A DNA stretch of 20,000 nucleotides from IMG/VR virus record IMGVR_UViG_3300021375_002229. One strand, written 5' to 3'. Within the stretch, counting starts at the first letter, position 1. Every line of letters starts with the position of its first letter. The position numbers and the translations under genes were made by a program. Origin of the DNA: an uncultured virus (IMG/VR IMGVR_UViG_3300021375_002229). Taxonomy: Duplodnaviria; Heunggongvirae; Uroviricota; Caudoviricetes. Shown piece after piece: positions 17,318 through 20,000 of this stretch. Below the pieces are notes generated by a model, which ran no database searches, had not been told where the DNA came from, and worked only from the letters and a program-made list of their open reading frames with translations.

Positions 17318-17370
17318 AGAGTCGTTAAGAAAATTTTTTCACCTATTTTTATTGATAGTATTTATAGGAT

Positions 17371-17511
17371 ATGAAGATATGTAGGAAATGTAACATACAA
17401 TTAGAGTACTATAAACCCACAAGTGGAGCATATTATATATGTGTTAAATGTAATGATGTATCGTATCCAATAGAAGATATCGATAAAGTAGTGGATAGAG
17501 GTAGAGATTAA
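17371..17511 (+). CDS. 46-aa zinc-ribbon microprotein
   Basis: MKICRKCNIQLEYYKPTSGAYYICVKCNDVSYPIEDIDKVVDRGRD has CxxC-x16-CxxC; ends 4 nt before the next ATG. Confidence 0.7.
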   Translation: MKICRKCNIQLEYYKPTSGAYYICVKCNDVSYPIEDIDKVVDRGRD

Positions 17512-17515
17512 TATT

Positions 17516-17929
17516 ATGAGTAGAAGCAAAGATATACAAGATAACAAATTCAAAGTGATTATTTCAACAAGAGGAAGAAAGAATAAACAACCTCGTAAGG
17601 AAAGCTCGGTAAAAAGAGTAATAAAGAAAATAATACAATGGAGATTAATAGGGTATATAGTAATAGGAGTATCCTTATGGAAACTAAACAAGGATATAAA
17701 CACCCTATCTATTCAGATGTTTTTACTTATAGTATTCACAGAACTACAATCAAGAGGAGTATCTAAACAAGAGATTGACTCACTTAAAGAAGAACTCAAT
17801 ATAGATGGAAGTATGGAAGTGAAATACTCCCAAAGGAAAGATTTAAAGAGAGAGGCTCTTCTAGCTCAAGAAGAAAGAGATTTAGCTTCATCCAAACAAG
17901 ATATAGAAGAGAATTACAAGCCTCGATAA
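17516..17929 (+). CDS. Hypothetical membrane protein, 137 aa
   Basis: Basic N-terminus, hydrophobic segments (LIGYIVIGVSLW; LSIQMFLLIVF), charged C-terminus; terminator follows. Confidence 0.65.
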   Translation: MSRSKDIQDNKFKVIISTRGRKNKQPRKESSVKRVIKKIIQWRLIGYIVIGVSLWKLNKDINTLSIQMFLLIVFTELQSRGVSKQEIDSLKEELNIDGSMEVKYSQRKDLKREALLAQEERDLASSKQDIEENYKPR

Positions 17930-17970
17930 AGCACCCTAATCTAAATATAGTAGGGAAATGAACACAAACG

Positions 17971-18005
17971 GAGGATAGCTCAATACAAAGAGTTATCCTT
18001 TTTTT
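17971..18005 (+). terminator. Rho-independent terminator
   Basis: GAGGATAGCTC-aatacaaa-GAGTTATCCTT hairpin followed by a T-run. Confidence 0.85.
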
Positions 18006-18284
18006 AGCTCCCTACGTTCCTTACTCCCTTGAGTGAAGATTTCCCCTAAAACCCAACGAATTACTGAGGGATTTTAAGAGGATTTAAGAGGCTGAGAATT
18101 GTATCCGTATCAAGATATCACACCCCTTTAAAAGTTAACTCCTATATACCCCTATTCCTTCCTATAAGCCTCCTATCGAGGTTTAAAACTTTATAAGGAG
18201 TTTCACAATAGGGATATATCAAAATAGAATTGTGATACATTCTCCCTATATGATATAGTGGTAATGAATGTGGAAGCATAGTTG

Positions 18285-18322
18285 AAGGGCTCAAGTGTGT
18301 GTTCGTGTAGAGCCTTTTTTTT
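18285..18322 (+). terminator. Possible terminator in the non-coding region
   Basis: AAGGGCTC...GAGCCTTT stem with a 17-nt loop, running into T8. Confidence 0.5.
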
Positions 18323-18351
18323 CTCGTAGTGAATTTTCTAGCCTAATAACC

Positions 18352-18465
18352 TGACACATTGTCATGTTTTACTTGTTTACAATTGTGAACACAAATGAGG
18401 ATTTCACAATAGAAGCTCATATTTGATGATAATACCCTAAATCGGAGCTTCATGACAAATTGTCA
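18352..18465. promoter_or_regulatory. Pair of TGACA-N3-TGTCA palindromes (putative protein-binding sites)
   Basis: TGACAcatTGTCA at 18352-18364 and TGACAaatTGTCA at 18453-18465. Confidence 0.6.
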
Positions 18466-18474
18466 CCTGTTTTA

Positions 18475-18507
18475 TTTGGAATTCTCATAAAAAAGTTGTA
18501 TCTTTAG
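18475..18507 (+). promoter_or_regulatory. Bacteroidota-like promoter, copy 3
   Basis: TTTGGA...GTATCTTTAG with the same spacing as the other copies. Confidence 0.65.
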
Positions 18508-18601
18508 GGTGGTTGTGGGTGGGAGTATTCCAATATTTTGAGGATTTCACATCTCACAGCGATGCCTATATGAGAATAATTCAAAAAAAAGTGGTAAATA
18601 A

Positions 18602-18634
18602 TTTGGATTTCTCAGGAATTATTCGTATATTTAC
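18602..18634 (+). promoter_or_regulatory. Bacteroidota-like promoter, copy 4
   Basis: TTTGGA...TCGTATATTTAC. Confidence 0.75.
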
Positions 18635-18641
18635 TATGTAA

Positions 18642-18854
18642 ATGAGAGATAATAAAACAAAAGAGAGTATGAGAGCTAGAGATTGGGTACTGATAGGGAT
18701 AATATCGATAGTAGGAATAGCGTTAATACCTATAACGATAGATATATTCTTTAGTGTACTACTGTATATGATGAAAGAACCGTTATCTGCGCTTGGAATA
18801 CTGAGCTTGGTGATGATTTCGTTCATTATTGGTATGAGTACCGAAAAAAAGTAA
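18642..18854 (+). CDS. Small two-helix membrane protein
   Basis: Two long hydrophobic stretches; the true start may be the ATG at 18669. Confidence 0.65.
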   Translation: MRDNKTKESMRARDWVLIGIISIVGIALIPITIDIFFSVLLYMMKEPLSALGILSLVMISFIIGMSTEKK

Positions 18855-18871
18855 AGAAAAGTACGAAAAAA

Positions 18872-18904
18872 TTTGGATAATTAAAATATTTTTCGTATCT
18901 TTAC
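18872..18904 (+). promoter_or_regulatory. Bacteroidota-like promoter, copy 5 (tRNA transcript)
   Basis: TTTGGA...TCGTATCTTTAC about 70 nt upstream of the tRNA. Confidence 0.75.
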
Positions 18905-18957
18905 ATAGTAAATGAGGTTGATGATTGAGAATCGCTCTAATTAACCGAGGTTACAAA

Positions 18958-18970
18958 CGTTCTTTAAAAA
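18958..18970 (+). promoter_or_regulatory. boxA-like antitermination element
   Basis: CGTTCTTTAAAAA versus consensus GYTCTTTAANA; preceded by a hairpin and 5 nt upstream of the tRNA. Confidence 0.55.
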
Positions 18971-18975
18971 TATCT

Positions 18976-19047
18976 GCGGGTGAGGGGTTAAGAGAAACCT
19001 GCTTGGCATCCAGTCAAGAGAAGTTGGGGCAGTTCCAACCATCCGCT
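18976..19047 (+). tRNA. tRNA-Gly(TCC), non-canonical loops, CCA not encoded
   Basis: Acceptor GCGGGTG/CATCCGC, D-stem GGGT/ACCT, anticodon stem CTTGG/TCAAG with loop CA-TCC-AG, T-stem GTTGG/CCAAC, discriminator T; Gly identity elements G1-C72, C2-G71, G3-C70, U73, C35, C36 are all present. Confidence 0.85.
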
Positions 19048-19054
19048 CAATATA

Positions 19055-19220
19055 ACGATGAGGTGTCACAGGCGATGAAATGATACTACGCACCGAAAAT
19101 CGTATTTATCTGAGGTTAAGGGGTTTTCCTCAGTATTAAATGGAGACTATACACTCTCTCCTATCCAAAAAGTGTTCGTCCGAACCACCCGCTAAGAAGC
19201 TTAGTCTCCACTTAGTGGGT
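19055..19220 (+). ncRNA. Unidentified structured RNA downstream of the tRNA
   Basis: No ORF; GC-richer than the flanks; stems ACGAT/ATCGT, GGTG/CACC, CTGAGG/CCTCAG, TGGAGACTA/TAGTCTCCA, ACACT/AGTGT. Confidence 0.45.
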
Positions 19221-19227
19221 TTTTTTT
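19187..19227 (+). terminator. Rho-independent terminator of the tRNA transcript
   Basis: ACCCGCTAAG-N14-CTTAGTGGGT (10 bp, one G-U) followed by T7. Confidence 0.8.
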
Positions 19228-19256
19228 GCTCTTTAGTGAAAATAATTGAAGAAAAG

Positions 19257-19289
19257 TTTGGATATATCAAATATTTGTTGTATATTTAC
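19257..19289 (+). promoter_or_regulatory. Bacteroidota-like promoter, copy 6
   Basis: TTTGGA...TGTATATTTAC upstream of ORF 19344. Confidence 0.75.
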
Positions 19290-19343
19290 TATGTAATAAA
19301 GATTGAGAGATAAATAAAATATAAACCTTAAAAAACAAAAATC

Positions 19344-19661
19344 ATGAGAAACTTTAATTTTTACAAAAACGAAATAGAGGAAATAGTAAAGGAACTACCT
19401 TCTAACATTAAGGAGTGGGGTGTATCGGAAATGTTACTCCATTCAGCCGAGGGTTCCTATCTTCGATTGAATTTAAACGATGGAAGAGATATGTTTGTTC
19501 TGTTCTACGAACTTTTGGAAGAAATATATAAGAACGACGAAGAATTTAACAACGATGAGTACTATGATAAGTTCTTTGAAGAAGTTATAAAGAATAGTTC
19601 ATTATGGGAGTTATCTGAAGATATACGAGAACTTGCTATAAAGGAGAGATATAAACTTTAG
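19344..19661 (+). CDS. Hypothetical acidic protein, 105 aa
   Basis: Own promoter and A-rich leader; E/D-rich. Confidence 0.8.
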   Translation: MRNFNFYKNEIEEIVKELPSNIKEWGVSEMLLHSAEGSYLRLNLNDGRDMFVLFYELLEEIYKNDEEFNNDEYYDKFFEEVIKNSSLWELSEDIRELAIKERYKL

Positions 19662-19666
19662 AATAT

Positions 19667-19828
19667 ATGGAAGGTGTAATTTGGAAAGATAAATCCGTTA
19701 GTTGGAAAGATGGGGATGGTAGAGTATATACTACCGGCGCATTCAAGACTAAGAAAGAAGCAAAGGAGTTCCTAACTAAGTTGGGTACAACTCCTATAAA
19801 AGAAATCAACATAAAAGGAATTCGGTAA
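19667..19828 (+). CDS. 53-aa microprotein, paralog B
   Basis: Hand translation MEGVIWKDKSVSWKDGDGRVYTTGAFKTKKEAKEFLTKLGTTPIKEINIKGIR; homologous to 12821-12982. Confidence 0.85.
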   Translation: MEGVIWKDKSVSWKDGDGRVYTTGAFKTKKEAKEFLTKLGTTPIKEINIKGIR

Positions 19829-19856
19829 GTGTAATAATAATTAAAATAGCTCACAT

Positions 19857-20000
19857 ATGAATAAAACTAATACTAACACTATGAAGTATAAACACAGAAA
19901 CTGTATAATAGAACTTACTCCTACTGAACTGTATCCAGAGCTAGTAACTATTGTACAAACTCCTAAGTTAAGAGGAGATTTCCTTAATAGGAGATACTTA
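19857..20000 (+). CDS. Hypothetical protein, 3' truncated
   Basis: ATG at 19857 (or 19881) open to the window end: MKYKHRNCIIELTPTELYPELVTIV... Confidence 0.55.
   Translation, partial: MNKTNTNTMKYKHRNCIIELTPTELYPELVTIVQTPKLRGDFLNRRYL

Noticed and set aside
19048..19227. HDV-like theta or hammerhead ribozyme at the tRNA 3' end
   Set aside because: P1 does not start at the tRNA 3' end, I cannot find the L3/P1.1 and J4/2 catalytic core, and there is no CUGANGA hammerhead core. Kept only as an unidentified structured RNA.
2645..19854. All minus-strand ORFs in the track (2645, 4353, 4812, 5421, 10470, 11730, 12502, 14015, 17401, 18581, 19636)
   Set aside because: Each is antisense to a better-supported + strand gene, has shadow-like composition and shows no motifs. 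The shared LSFQITPSI in 12502 and 19636 simply mirrors the real MEGVIW paralogs.
1..20000. Stop-codon reassignment (TAG or TGA)
   Set aside because: Recognisable enzymes are full length under code 11, TGA and TAG end genes at overlaps or before terminators, and the tRNA is not a suppressor.
1..20000. CRISPR array, rRNA, transposase, integrase or virion structural genes
   Set aside because: No periodic repeats or recognisable motifs for any of these were seen.

Overview
AT-rich, gene-dense 20 kb segment with essentially all credible genes on the + strand, many coupled by ATGA/TAATG overlaps. It is best read as part of a large tailed-phage genome, probably infecting Bacteroidota: there are six copies of a TTTGGA-N17-GTATMTTW promoter resembling the Bacteroidota -33/-7 consensus, and the leaders are A-rich. 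No virion hallmark gene is present, so the phage call is inference. Positions 1-16.9 kb are an accessory metabolic and glycan-modification region: AAA ATPase C-terminus, FNR-type flavin oxidoreductase, adenine phosphoribosyltransferase, MTA/SAH-nucleosidase-like enzyme, PhyH-type 2OG-Fe(II) oxygenase, SAM methyltransferase, a DxD glycosyltransferase-like protein, an RfaE/HldE-type kinase, six SGNH-like paralogs and three GT10-like paralogs. Two of the GT10-like genes share an exact 49-nt block. Positions 16.9-20 kb hold micro-ORFs, a hydrophobic 32-aa ORF clamped by a long-range inverted repeat, a ~700 bp non-coding region with repeats and palindromes, four clustered promoters, and a boxA-led non-coding transcript. 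That transcript carries a strongly non-canonical tRNA-Gly(UCC) followed by a structured RNA whose stem overlaps the terminator. Several real-looking ORFs under 60 aa missing from the ORF track were read by hand. All family assignments come from motifs recognised by eye, not database searches.
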